64,000 nucleotides of DNA from Candidatus Sulfomarinibacter sp. Its GTDB lineage: Bacteria > Acidobacteriota > Thermoanaerobaculia > Thermoanaerobaculales > Sulfomarinibacteraceae. Of the stretch, positions 41,972 through 55,674 are shown one piece after another (within the stretch, counting starts at the first letter, position 1; each line of letters starts with the position of its first letter). Made by a program: the position numbers and the translations under genes. The notes under the pieces are model-generated. The model did no database searches and had not been told where the DNA came from. It saw only the letters and a list, made by a program, of their open reading frames with translations. The stretch covers positions 2,208-66,207 of the forward strand of contig JBFFBV010000012.1 in NCBI GenBank assembly GCA_041560205.1. Direction: 5' to 3'.

Positions 41972-44761
41972 ATGATGACCGGAAGGAGATGGATCGCAGC
42001 CGCAGCAGTCGCGACACTGCTGATCTTCAGTCAAACTGGATGGACCCAGACCACGGGCAGCATCCGCGGGAGAACCCTCGACGACGAAGGCCAGGCCCTG
42101 CCGGGGGTCACCGTGGTGGTCACCGGCGAGACCCTCGGTTCCGCGCAGCGAACAGCTGTGGCAAGCCCCTCTGGCGGCTTCATGTTCGCAGCCATGCCGG
42201 TCGGCACCTACACGGTGACGGCGACCCTTGATGGCTTTCAGGTCCAGGCAGCAGAAGGTGTGAGGGTCGCGATCGGCAAGGTGGCGTCGGTCGACTTCAA
42301 CATGCCGGAGGCGTTCTCTGACGAGATCACAGTAGTCGCCGAGACGCCGATCGTCGATACGGCGAGCCCAACCTTCAATACGCGCTTCGACAACAAGCAG
42401 ATCATCGATCTGCCGACCCGGGGCCACTTCTACGATGTCATCGCCGTGACTCCGGGTGTTGCGCAGACAGAAGAAGGTTCGGCCAGGATCGTCGCCTTCG
42501 GCGCCGACATCAAATCGAGCCAGTGGAACATCGACGGTCTCAACCGCACCGGTTCCGACAGCGGCGAGCTGCGATGGTCGATGAACGACGAAATGGTGGC
42601 CGAGATCCAGGTCCTCGGCACCGGCGCCACCGCCGAATACGGCGGCATGTTGGGGACGGCCTTCAACGTCGTGACCAAGTCGGGATCCAATCAGTTCCAC
42701 GGATCGGCCAATCTCGACTATTGGCCCTCCAGCTGGGTCGGCGAGAACGGTCGCCGCGAAGATGCGCCTGAAGGGGCTCAGACCTACACCCTCGATCATC
42801 ACAACGTGCTGCAGATGAGCCTCGGCGGCCCGATCGCGAAAGACAAGGTGTGGTTCTTCGCCGGCGCTGAATTCGGACGCTTCCAGGCATTTTATCCCTT
42901 TGAAAACTCAACTCTGCCAAACCAGAAAGAAACCACCTGGGACAATTTCGACCTCAAGTTCACGGCCCAGATCGCGCAGAACCACCGCCTCAATCTGATC
43001 GGGAGCAACTACGAGTTTCTTGGACCCTATGCGGGAGACATCTTCACAGAACCGTCCGGCTGGAGCGAGACCTGGACCAAAAACCAGATGCTGGGGCTCG
43101 ACTACAGTGCCATTCTCGGGCCCAGCACGGTGCTCGAGGCGCGCGTTGGCGCCATGCGCATCACCGAAGAGTGGCGTTCTCAGAACCCCAGCGGTGAACC
43201 CACCTTTGTCGATATGACGGTGTATCCGTACCTTTGGTACGGGGACCCTTTTTGGACCTGGGATTGGGACCAGTCCTCCGATGACGCCGAGGTCATCCTC
43301 ACGCAGCACGCCGACAACTTCATCAAGGGCGACCACGAGTTCAGATTCGGGGTCCAATACTCCAGGGATGGGGCTTTGATCAAGACCTTCCAACCCTACT
43401 ACTACTACCAGTATGAATATGAGTACTACCCGGGCTACCCGTACGTCTACCAGTACCTGTACACCGGGCTGCCCTACGTCTATGGCGGCGAGTCGGAGTC
43501 GATCGGCGCCTTTATTACCGATAGCTGGACGATCAGCAGCCGGTTGACTCTGGACATCGGAATCCGGATCGATAACCACAAGGGCTGGGTGGAGGACTTG
43601 CCCCGTCTTGATATGCAATCGAATCCGACCGGTGAAATGATTGCCGGCGTGGACGTGCTGGACTGGACCAACTACGATCCGCGCTTTGGTTTTGCCTGGC
43701 AGCCGACAGGCGACGGCAAGACCGTGATCCGTGGTTCGATAGGACAGTTTCACGCCGGCATGGCCTCGGGTGACTGGTACGCGCCGCCCCCCGAGGCGCC
43801 GCCGTGGAGGACCTACTGGCTCAACTGGGACAATGAGTGGGAGATCATCTCGGATTGGGGGCAGAGGTCCAACGCATTCCTGATTCCGGGCACCACGAAC
43901 GCGGACACCTGGGAGTACACCCTCGGCTTCGAGCGCCAGATCGGCGCGACCAGCGCCATCGGGGCGCAGGCGGTCTACAAAGAGACCAAAAACCAGATTG
44001 GGTGGTATATCGACGACGACGGGGAGTTCGAGTGGTACGAGTGGACCGACCCGGAAACCGGGACCGTCTACCAGTTCAAGGACTACTCGGTCGATCCGAC
44101 GCGCTACAAGGGCAACAGCACCGGTCCAGGTGCGCTCGGCGGTGACCGGCCATACGAGCAGGATTACATTGGCCTCTTCCTGACCTACAAGAAGCGCTTC
44201 AGCAACAACTGGGATCTCATGGCAACCTACAGCTACCAGGAGGCCGAGGGACTGAACCCACGATTCCACAGCAGTCCGACCGGCTGGGCGGCGCAGGGTG
44301 GCGTTTTCTGGGCCAGCCGCGAGGAGGCCGACCCCAATGTCTACACATACGCCGACAAGCAGTTGAACGGCGATCGGAGGCACAATCTGCGGTTGGTCGG
44401 TAACGTATGGCTCCCGTTAGAGTTCAAAATCAGTTCGGTGTTGAACATCCAGAGCGGCATCGGCTGGGACCGCCGTCAATGGGTCCGTTTGCCGACCCGA
44501 GGTTGGAGTGACATCACCACCTCGCCGGCCTCCGACGATCAACGCCTCCCGACCCAGTACCTGTGGGACATTGGCTTCGGCAAGCACTTCGACCTCGGTA
44601 AGGATGTGAACCTCAATATCGATATCCAGGTTCTCAACATCCTCAACGACGACGCCGTCGAACGGTGGAGGGATACTCGTTATCCAGTTGGCGAAGAGCC
44701 ATTGCCCGGAGGGTGGGTGCTACCGCGTCGGGCCCAGCTGCGGCTGAGGTTGGCGTTCTGA
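41972..44761 (+). CDS. TonB-dependent receptor with N-terminal CarboxypepD_reg-like domain (copy 2)
   Basis: Paralogue of 38034..40829 with the same architecture, ending LRLAF. Confidence 0.85.
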   Translation: MMTGRRWIAAAAVATLLIFSQTGWTQTTGSIRGRTLDDEGQALPGVTVVVTGETLGSAQRTAVASPSGGFMFAAMPVGTYTVTATLDGFQVQAAEGVRVAIGKVASVDFNMPEAFSDEITVVAETPIVDTASPTFNTRFDNKQIIDLPTRGHFYDVIAVTPGVAQTEEGSARIVAFGADIKSSQWNIDGLNRTGSDSGELRWSMNDEMVAEIQVLGTGATAEYGGMLGTAFNVVTKSGSNQFHGSANLDYWPSSWVGENGRREDAPEGAQTYTLDHHNVLQMSLGGPIAKDKVWFFAGAEFGRFQAFYPFENSTLPNQKETTWDNFDLKFTAQIAQNHRLNLIGSNYEFLGPYAGDIFTEPSGWSETWTKNQMLGLDYSAILGPSTVLEARVGAMRITEEWRSQNPSGEPTFVDMTVYPYLWYGDPFWTWDWDQSSDDAEVILTQHADNFIKGDHEFRFGVQYSRDGALIKTFQPYYYYQYEYEYYPGYPYVYQYLYTGLPYVYGGESESIGAFITDSWTISSRLTLDIGIRIDNHKGWVEDLPRLDMQSNPTGEMIAGVDVLDWTNYDPRFGFAWQPTGDGKTVIRGSIGQFHAGMASGDWYAPPPEAPPWRTYWLNWDNEWEIISDWGQRSNAFLIPGTTNADTWEYTLGFERQIGATSAIGAQAVYKETKNQIGWYIDDDGEFEWYEWTDPETGTVYQFKDYSVDPTRYKGNSTGPGALGGDRPYEQDYIGLFLTYKKRFSNNWDLMATYSYQEAEGLNPRFHSSPTGWAAQGGVFWASREEADPNVYTYADKQLNGDRRHNLRLVGNVWLPLEFKISSVLNIQSGIGWDRRQWVRLPTRGWSDITTSPASDDQRLPTQYLWDIGFGKHFDLGKDVNLNIDIQVLNILNDDAVERWRDTRYPVGEEPLPGGWVLPRRAQLRLRLAF

Positions 44762-44777
44762 TCGAGGGTGCCCTGGA

Positions 44778-44808
44778 GGCGAGCCCGCTTCGGCGGGCTC
44801 GTCTTTTA
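44778..44808 (+). terminator. Rho-independent terminator after receptor 2
   Basis: GGCGAGCCCGC-TTCG-GCGGGCTCGTC (11-bp stem with one G-U pair) followed by TTTTAT. Confidence 0.7.
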
Positions 44809-44836
44809 TGAACTGACAAATCGGCGACTTCGATGA

Positions 44837-49074
<4,238 letters not shown>

Positions 49075-49078
49075 GGCG

Positions 49079-50422
49079 ATGCGGAACAGCGTGAGAAGTG
49101 ATGTCGGCACCTTGTTCTCGGTCGGTCTGTCGGTGCTCGTGGTTCTGCCGGCCGTTGCCCAGACCGAGGAATTCGAGTCCGCTTCGTCGGTCAACGAGGT
49201 GCGGAAGCAGATCGAAAGCCTGCCGAAGGACACCTCCTGGTGGAACGTCAACGGCGCCGACATGGCCTGGAACAACAAGAACCTCAACCGCATCTTCCCG
49301 ACGGTCAACGTCTATCGAGCCGGGCCGGTTCGAGAGCTCCCCTATCGACCGATGCGCGAGATCGCCGATTACCCGGTCGAAACACCGGGAGGCAAGCTGC
49401 CATTTGCCGATTTTCTCAAGAGCGATGCCTCGACCTGTATGGGAATGGTGATCCTCCACAAGGGCGCGGTCGTCTTCGAGGACTATCCGCGAATGGAGCC
49501 CTACGAGCGGCCCATCTACTGGTCGGTGACCAAGGTGCTGGTCTCCACGGTCGTCGGCATCCTCGAAGATCGCGGCCGGGTTGTGATCGACAAGCCCATC
49601 GAAACCTACATCCCCGAGCTCGCCGCTTCGTCCTATGCGGGAGTCACGGTCAGGAACATCCTCGACATGGCGACCGGTGTCGACTGTCCCGAGGAGTACT
49701 ACCACCGGTCCTCCTGCTATTACGGCCTGATGGAAACGACCGGCGAGGCCCACTGGGATGACGAGGCCGCGAACAACCCCTACGAGTACATCGCGAGTCT
49801 CAAGGTGGGAAAGTTCGCCGAGCAGGGGACCTCCTTCGAGTACGCATCGATCAACGCCTACATCCTCGGCTGGCTGGTCGAGAAGCTCACGGGAATGCCG
49901 TTTCAGGACGCGTTCTCCCGCGAGATCTGGACCCGGATCGGGGCCGAGCACGATGCGGCCTTCCTGGCGCCGCGCTACGGCGTGCCGATGTTCGCGGGTG
50001 GCTTCCTCGGTGCGCCCCGTGATCTCGCCCGCTTCGGTCTCTTGTTCACGCCGAGCTTTTCGGTCGTGTCCGACAACAAGATCGTCTCCGATCGGCACAT
50101 CGAGATGTTGAAGAACGGAGGGCGGCCAGCGCTTTTGGCCAAGGGACGTTGGGGTCCGCCCGATGAAGCAATCCGGGATGAGGTCAAACACAACGTCTAT
50201 CAGTGGGATGTGGTGTTCACCAACAACGACGTGTTCAAGGGTGGCTGGGCGGGTCAGGGTCTTCTGATCAACCCTGAACGCGATCTGGTGGCGGTGTACG
50301 TTGGCTACTTCAACGAGGACCAGAGCGAGCTCGAGGTCCTGCCGAGGCTGCGACAGGTCCTCGAGGGCATCTTCGGCGAGCCCGATTTTCCGACGGAAAA
50401 AGACGAGAAGGTGGCTCAATGA
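49079..50422 (+). CDS. Beta-lactamase-family serine hydrolase
   Basis: Signal peptide and an SxxK motif (WSVTKVL) in a typical class C/esterase-like context. Confidence 0.78.
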   Translation: MRNSVRSDVGTLFSVGLSVLVVLPAVAQTEEFESASSVNEVRKQIESLPKDTSWWNVNGADMAWNNKNLNRIFPTVNVYRAGPVRELPYRPMREIADYPVETPGGKLPFADFLKSDASTCMGMVILHKGAVVFEDYPRMEPYERPIYWSVTKVLVSTVVGILEDRGRVVIDKPIETYIPELAASSYAGVTVRNILDMATGVDCPEEYYHRSSCYYGLMETTGEAHWDDEAANNPYEYIASLKVGKFAEQGTSFEYASINAYILGWLVEKLTGMPFQDAFSREIWTRIGAEHDAAFLAPRYGVPMFAGGFLGAPRDLARFGLLFTPSFSVVSDNKIVSDRHIEMLKNGGRPALLAKGRWGPPDEAIRDEVKHNVYQWDVVFTNNDVFKGGWAGQGLLINPERDLVAVYVGYFNEDQSELEVLPRLRQVLEGIFGEPDFPTEKDEKVAQ

Positions 50423-51957
50423 CCGTGACGAAATCGGCGCCGATCGACAAGCAGGTCTTCTGGCCCGCGCTGATCGTGGTGGTGGCGGCCATCGTGCCGT
50501 TGATGGCCTACCCGGAGCAAAGCGCCGCCGTACTGAACCGGGTCATGGGCTTCATCACCCACAACCTCGGTTTTCTCTTCCTGTGGTTCACGGTCGCCTG
50601 CCTCGGCGTTCTCCTGTGGTTGGCGTTCGGGAGATACGGATCGGTCAGGTTCGGGGGGAGCGATGCCGCTCCCGAGTTCCGCACGCTGAGCTGGGTCGCG
50701 ATGCTCTTTTGCGCCGGGATCGGCACCTCCCTGCTCTACTGGGCGACCATCGAGTGGGTCTACTACTATCAGGCGCCGCCCTTCGGGATCGAGGCCGAAT
50801 CGGCCGAGGCGGCGCACTGGGCCGCGATGTACGGCCTCTTCCACTGGGGCCCGATGGCGTGGGCGCTCTACTGCGTTCCTGCCCTGCCGATCGCCTATGC
50901 CTTCCACAACCGGAAGATCCCCTTCCTCCGGATCAGCCAGGCCTGCCGCGGCGTGATCGGCGACCGCGCGGACGGAGTCCTCGGCAAGCTCATCGATGTG
51001 CTTTTCATCTTCGGCCTGGTCGGCGGCACCGGAACTTCGCTTGGCCTCGGCACTCCAATCCTTTCCGAGTCCATCAGCACCCTGCTCGGCATCGAGCGCA
51101 CCTTCGCCCTCGACGCCTTCGTCATCGTCATCTGGACCGCCATCTTCGGCACCACCGTTTACCTCGGAATGGAGAGGGGCATCAAGCGGCTGGCCGACGC
51201 CAACGTCTACCTCGGCTTTTTCCTGCTCGCCTTCGTGCTGGTTTTCGGGCCGACCGTCTTCATCCTCGACACCTTCACCAACAGCCTCGGGCTTTTGGCG
51301 ACCAACTTCCTCAAGATGAGCTTCTCGACCGACCCGGTCGGCGCCTCCGGCTTTCCCCAGACGTGGACGGTCTTCTACTGGGCGTGGTGGATCGCCTACG
51401 CACCCTTCATGGGGCTTTTTGTGGCCAGGATCTCGCGGGGCAGGACAGTGCGCGAGGTGGTCGGCGCCAACCTCGTGTGGGGCAGCCTCGGCTGCTGGCT
51501 CTTCTTCGCCGTGTTCGGCAACACCGCGCTCCACGACCAGCTCAATGGGACCGTGCCGGTGATCAGCATCATGAACGAAATCTCGCCGCAAGCGGCGATC
51601 GTGGCGGTCGTCAAGGCCCTGCCCTTTGGCACGGTCATCTTGGTGCTCTTCGTGGCGATGGCGTTCATCTACTCGGCGACCACGCTGCAGGCCTCCGCCT
51701 ATACCATCGCGTCGGTGGCGTCTCGCGACCTGGTAGCGGGCGAGTCCGAGCCCCTGCGTTGGAACAGGTTATTCTGGGCGATCGCGCTCGGCGGCATGGC
51801 GGTCGCGCTGATGTATCTCGGCGGGCTCAGACCGCTGCAGACCGCTTCGCTGATCGTCGCCGTGCCCTTGATCTTCATCATCGCACTCTGCGTCTGGTCC
51901 TTTCTCAGGTGGCTGGGGGAGGATGGCGTGGGCAAGGCGGTGTCGGGAGGATCGTAG
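50419..51957 (+). CDS. BCCT family (betaine/carnitine/choline) transporter
   Basis: BCCT Trp-rich signature WTVFYWAWWIAYAPFMGLFVARISRGRTVRE. 512 aa, polytopic. The start overlaps the hydrolase stop. Confidence 0.9.
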   Translation: MTVTKSAPIDKQVFWPALIVVVAAIVPLMAYPEQSAAVLNRVMGFITHNLGFLFLWFTVACLGVLLWLAFGRYGSVRFGGSDAAPEFRTLSWVAMLFCAGIGTSLLYWATIEWVYYYQAPPFGIEAESAEAAHWAAMYGLFHWGPMAWALYCVPALPIAYAFHNRKIPFLRISQACRGVIGDRADGVLGKLIDVLFIFGLVGGTGTSLGLGTPILSESISTLLGIERTFALDAFVIVIWTAIFGTTVYLGMERGIKRLADANVYLGFFLLAFVLVFGPTVFILDTFTNSLGLLATNFLKMSFSTDPVGASGFPQTWTVFYWAWWIAYAPFMGLFVARISRGRTVREVVGANLVWGSLGCWLFFAVFGNTALHDQLNGTVPVISIMNEISPQAAIVAVVKALPFGTVILVLFVAMAFIYSATTLQASAYTIASVASRDLVAGESEPLRWNRLFWAIALGGMAVALMYLGGLRPLQTASLIVAVPLIFIIALCVWSFLRWLGEDGVGKAVSGGS

Positions 51958-54003
51958 ATGTCGATCGAACGGCTGCTCGAGCCCGGGTCCGTTGCAGTGT
52001 TCGGGGGCGGCGTGGCCGAAGAGCTCGTCCGTCAGTGCGACCGTATGGGCTACGAGGGCGAAATCTGGCCGGTGCACCCGAAAAAGAACGAGGTCGGGGG
52101 ACGAAAGGTCTACCGATCGGTCGCCGATCTCCCTGCGAGCCCCGATGCCGCCTATGTCGGCGTGAACCGGAACCTTACGATCGATATCGTCAGGGATCTC
52201 GCAGCGCGGGGTGCCGGAGGGGCGATCTGTTATGCGACCGGATTCACCGAGGCCGGCGAAGAGGGTTCGGATCTCGAGGCGCAGCTGCTCGAGGCTTCGG
52301 GCGACATGCCCCTGATCGGGCCGAACTGTTATGGGCTTCTCAACTACCTCGACGGGGCGATGCTGTGGCCCGATCAGCAGGGCGGCCGACGGGTGGACAG
52401 GGGAGTTGCCGTCATCTTGATGTCCTCCAACGTCGCCTTCAACCTCACAATGCAGCGGCGGGGCCTGCCGATCGCCTACATGATGTCGCTCGGCAACAAG
52501 CTCAAGTTCGACCTCCACGATGCGATCCATGTCTTTGCTCGCCAGGAGCGGGTCACTGCGCTCGGGCTCTACGTTGAATCCATGTCCGACCCGCGTGCCT
52601 TTCAGGGGGCGGTCGACGTGGCCCAGGAGCTGGGAAAACCGATCGTCGCCATCAAGACCGGGCGTTCCGACCTCGCGCAGAAGATCGTGGTCTCGCACAC
52701 GGCGTCGCTCGCGGGCTCCGACGCCCTCGTCGGTGACCTCTTCGACCGGGTCGGCGTCGCACGCGTCGACTCGCTCGAGGCCCTTGTCGAAGCGCTCAAG
52801 GTCCTGCACGTGCTCGGTCCGCTGGATGGCGGCCGGGTCGGGGCGATGAGTACCTCGGGAGGCGACCTCACGCTGCTCGCCGACGCGATGATGGGCACCG
52901 GTCTCACGATGCCGCCGCTGTCCGAGGAGGTGACCGAAAGGCTCCGCGCGGTGGTGCACGAGCGGATGGTGGCCGCCAACCCGCTCGATTTCCAGATGTT
53001 CGACTGGAACGACGAAGATCGGATGGCCGCGACCTTCACCCCCTTCGCCTCCGCAGGCTTCGACATCTCGTTGTGCCTCCTCGATTACCCGCGCGACGAC
53101 ATCTGCGACCAGTCGACATGGGGTGGGGCCGAACGAGGATTCGTGAGGGCCATCCGCGATACCGGAACCAAGGGCGGCGTGCTGTCGACATTTTCAGATA
53201 CGATCTCCGAGCCGGTCGCCGAAAGATTGATCGAGCAGGGTATCGTGCCGCTCGCGGGCATCGATGCCGGGCTCGCGGGGGTTCGGGCGGCCGTCGACGT
53301 GGGCGCCGCGTGGCGTCGGCCGTCGAGCCCGCCGCTGCTCGAATTCGAGGTGATGGGCCAAGAGGGCGGAGGCCGAGTTCTCGACGAGGCGGAATCGAAG
53401 GCCCTGCTCGCTCGGAGCGGCGTCCCGATCCCTCCGTCGCGAACCGCCCGCAATGCCGAAGAGGCCGCTGCGGCAGCCACCGAGCTCGGGTTTCCGGTCG
53501 TCGTCAAGGCGCTCGGCATCGCCCACAAGACCGAGGCCGGAGGCGTCAAGCTTGGGCTCGATTCGGCAAAGGAAGTCTCTTCGGCGATGTCGGAGATGGA
53601 GGGTCTTTCTGACAGATGCCTCGTCGAAGCGATGATCGACGGTGTTGTGGCGGAGCTCATCGTCGGTGTCGCCCGCGATCCGCACTTCGGTCCCTACCTG
53701 CTGATCGGTGGAGGCGGCCTCCTCGTCGAGCTCATGAAGGACAGCGTATCGCTGCTTCTGCCGGTCGGTCGGGATCGGGTGCTGCGGGCACTCGCGTCGC
53801 TGAAATGCGCGCCGCTCTTCGAAGGATTCAGGGGGCGGCCTCGTGCTGACCTGGAGAGGGCCGCCGATGCCATCCTGGCTGTTGCGAAGCTGGTCGAGAA
53901 CGACCCTTTCGCGATCGTCGAGCTCGACATTAACCCTTTGATGGTGCTCGCCGAAGGCTGTGGCGTCGTTGCCGCCGATGCACTGATCAGGCTGCAGGAG
54001 TAA
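51958..54003 (+). CDS. ADP-forming acyl-CoA synthetase family protein (CoA-binding plus ATP-grasp)
   Basis: N-terminal CoA-binding fold (SVAVFGG...VHPK...Y), a succinyl-CoA-ligase-like middle region and a C-terminal ATP-grasp (GFPVVVKALGIAHKTEAGGVKL). The start abuts the BCCT stop. Confidence 0.85.
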   Translation: MSIERLLEPGSVAVFGGGVAEELVRQCDRMGYEGEIWPVHPKKNEVGGRKVYRSVADLPASPDAAYVGVNRNLTIDIVRDLAARGAGGAICYATGFTEAGEEGSDLEAQLLEASGDMPLIGPNCYGLLNYLDGAMLWPDQQGGRRVDRGVAVILMSSNVAFNLTMQRRGLPIAYMMSLGNKLKFDLHDAIHVFARQERVTALGLYVESMSDPRAFQGAVDVAQELGKPIVAIKTGRSDLAQKIVVSHTASLAGSDALVGDLFDRVGVARVDSLEALVEALKVLHVLGPLDGGRVGAMSTSGGDLTLLADAMMGTGLTMPPLSEEVTERLRAVVHERMVAANPLDFQMFDWNDEDRMAATFTPFASAGFDISLCLLDYPRDDICDQSTWGGAERGFVRAIRDTGTKGGVLSTFSDTISEPVAERLIEQGIVPLAGIDAGLAGVRAAVDVGAAWRRPSSPPLLEFEVMGQEGGGRVLDEAESKALLARSGVPIPPSRTARNAEEAAAAATELGFPVVVKALGIAHKTEAGGVKLGLDSAKEVSSAMSEMEGLSDRCLVEAMIDGVVAELIVGVARDPHFGPYLLIGGGGLLVELMKDSVSLLLPVGRDRVLRALASLKCAPLFEGFRGRPRADLERAADAILAVAKLVENDPFAIVELDINPLMVLAEGCGVVAADALIRLQE

Positions 54004-54008
54004 GGGCA

Positions 54009-54791
54009 ATGTGTGACTTCCTCGAAATCAGGCGCAACGGCCGGATCCTCGAGATCGTGATCGATCGGCCGAAGGCTAACGCTCTCGACGCTCCGGCCTG
54101 TCGGGAGATGGGCAGGGTTTTTGCCGACTTTCGTGATGACCCGGAGCTCGGGGTGGCGATCCTCACCGGCGCCGGAGAGAAGTTCTTCTCCGCCGGCTGG
54201 GATCTGAACGCGGTGGTGGCGGGTGAGGAGTATCTAGGCGACTACGGTGAGGGCGGATTCGGCGGATTCCCGGAGATGACGAATCTCCTCAAGCCTGTTG
54301 TCTGCGCGGTCAACGGCATGGCCGTCGGGGCCGGCTTCGAAATGCTGCTGCGCGCGGATTTGGTGATCGCCGTCGACCACGCCGAGTTCTATCTCCCGGA
54401 GGTCCGGATCGGCGTTGCGCCGGACGTCGGTACCTTCATGCTGCCCAAGCTCCTGCCGCGCCAGAAAGCGCTCGAGATCCTGATGCTGGGTCGTCGTTAC
54501 AGCGCCAGCGAAATGGCGTCCTATGGTCTCGTCAACGAGGTCGTGCCGTCTGAAGAGCTGATGGACAGGGCTCGCGCCCTTGCGGGCGAGCTGCTCAAGG
54601 CCGCACCTCTGTCTCTCGCCGCCGTCAAGGAGGCGGTGAACATGACCGAAAATCTTTCATTTGAAGAGAGTTATGCTGCGCTTCGGTCGAGATCCTGGCC
54701 CGCGTTCATGAAGATGATCGACAGCGATGACGCCCGGGAGGGCGCCTGTGCATTTGTCGAGAAACGGGAGCCCGAATGGAAAGGTCGATAA
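54009..54791 (+). CDS. caiD: Crotonase-family carnitinyl-CoA dehydratase-like enzyme
   Basis: Alignable by eye along its whole length with E. coli CaiD as I recall that sequence (DRPKANA.D, ITGAGEKFFSAGWDL, AVNG.A.G.GFE, F.EKR.P.WKGR). Confidence 0.8.
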   Translation: MCDFLEIRRNGRILEIVIDRPKANALDAPACREMGRVFADFRDDPELGVAILTGAGEKFFSAGWDLNAVVAGEEYLGDYGEGGFGGFPEMTNLLKPVVCAVNGMAVGAGFEMLLRADLVIAVDHAEFYLPEVRIGVAPDVGTFMLPKLLPRQKALEILMLGRRYSASEMASYGLVNEVVPSEELMDRARALAGELLKAAPLSLAAVKEAVNMTENLSFEESYAALRSRSWPAFMKMIDSDDAREGACAFVEKREPEWKGR

Positions 54792-54798
54792 ACCGGTG

Positions 54799-55674
54799 AT
54801 GAGCATAGAGACTCGTGAGGACGTCGCCCTTGATGGTCTGCGACGCCGGCTCGAGAACGCCTGTTACGAGATTATTCCGCTCAGAGGCGTCGCGGAGAAG
54901 GCTCGCTGCCTTCCGGCTGGGACCGAGATAGCCATCACCTGCTCACCCGAAAAGGGCATGCCCGCGACCCTCGATCTCACCAGGCGGCTGAGCGGCCAGG
55001 GCTTCACCTTGATCCCGCATATTGCAGCTCGCATGGTCACGGATGCGTCTCACCTTCGGGAGATCCTGCGCGAGCTCGACGTGCTCGGGGTACGACGGGC
55101 CTTCGTTGTCGGAGGAGATGCCGAACGGCCGAACGGTATCTTCGAATCTTCTCTCGAGATCCTGGAAGTCATGACCCAGCTCGATCACGGAATCGAGACC
55201 GTCGGAATAGGCGCCTACCCCGAGGGGCACCCGCTGGTCGACGAAGCGACGCTCTTGAGCTTTCTCGGACAGAAACAGTCGTTTGCGGCCTACATGGTCA
55301 CCCAGATGTGCTTCGACCCGGCAGTGATCGTGAGGTGGCTCCGAAGTGTCCGCGCCGAGGGCATCGGACTGCCGGTACACATCGGCGTTCCAGGTGCGGG
55401 AGAGCGGCGCAAGCTCCTGAATATCGCCCTCAAGATTGGGGTCGGCCAGTCGGTACGATTCCTCAGGTCGAATCTCGGGCTGGTGGGTAGGATGATCAAG
55501 CCCGGGAGCTACAGCCCGGACGAGCTTCTTCTCGCGCTGGCTCCTCACTTCGATGCACCTCCGTGCGATATCAAAGGCATCCACATCTACTCGTTCAATC
55601 AGATCGAGGACACCGAGAGATGGCGGGCCGAGATGCTGGATCGGCTCGATGGGGGAAAGGACTCGAGTCTATGA
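54799..55674 (+). CDS. Methylenetetrahydrofolate reductase (MetF-like) family protein
   Basis: 291 aa with an MTHFR TIM-barrel pattern (IAITCSPEKG...IPHIAAR...FVVGGD...YPEGHP...TQMCFD). Confidence 0.75.
   Translation: MSIETREDVALDGLRRRLENACYEIIPLRGVAEKARCLPAGTEIAITCSPEKGMPATLDLTRRLSGQGFTLIPHIAARMVTDASHLREILRELDVLGVRRAFVVGGDAERPNGIFESSLEILEVMTQLDHGIETVGIGAYPEGHPLVDEATLLSFLGQKQSFAAYMVTQMCFDPAVIVRWLRSVRAEGIGLPVHIGVPGAGERRKLLNIALKIGVGQSVRFLRSNLGLVGRMIKPGSYSPDELLLALAPHFDAPPCDIKGIHIYSFNQIEDTERWRAEMLDRLDGGKDSSL

Noticed and set aside
50301-52577. 758-aa plus-strand ORF spanning the BCCT and acyl-CoA synthetase genes
   Set aside because: It is out of frame with two well-supported genes. The translation is extremely Arg/Gly/Pro-rich with no domain features.
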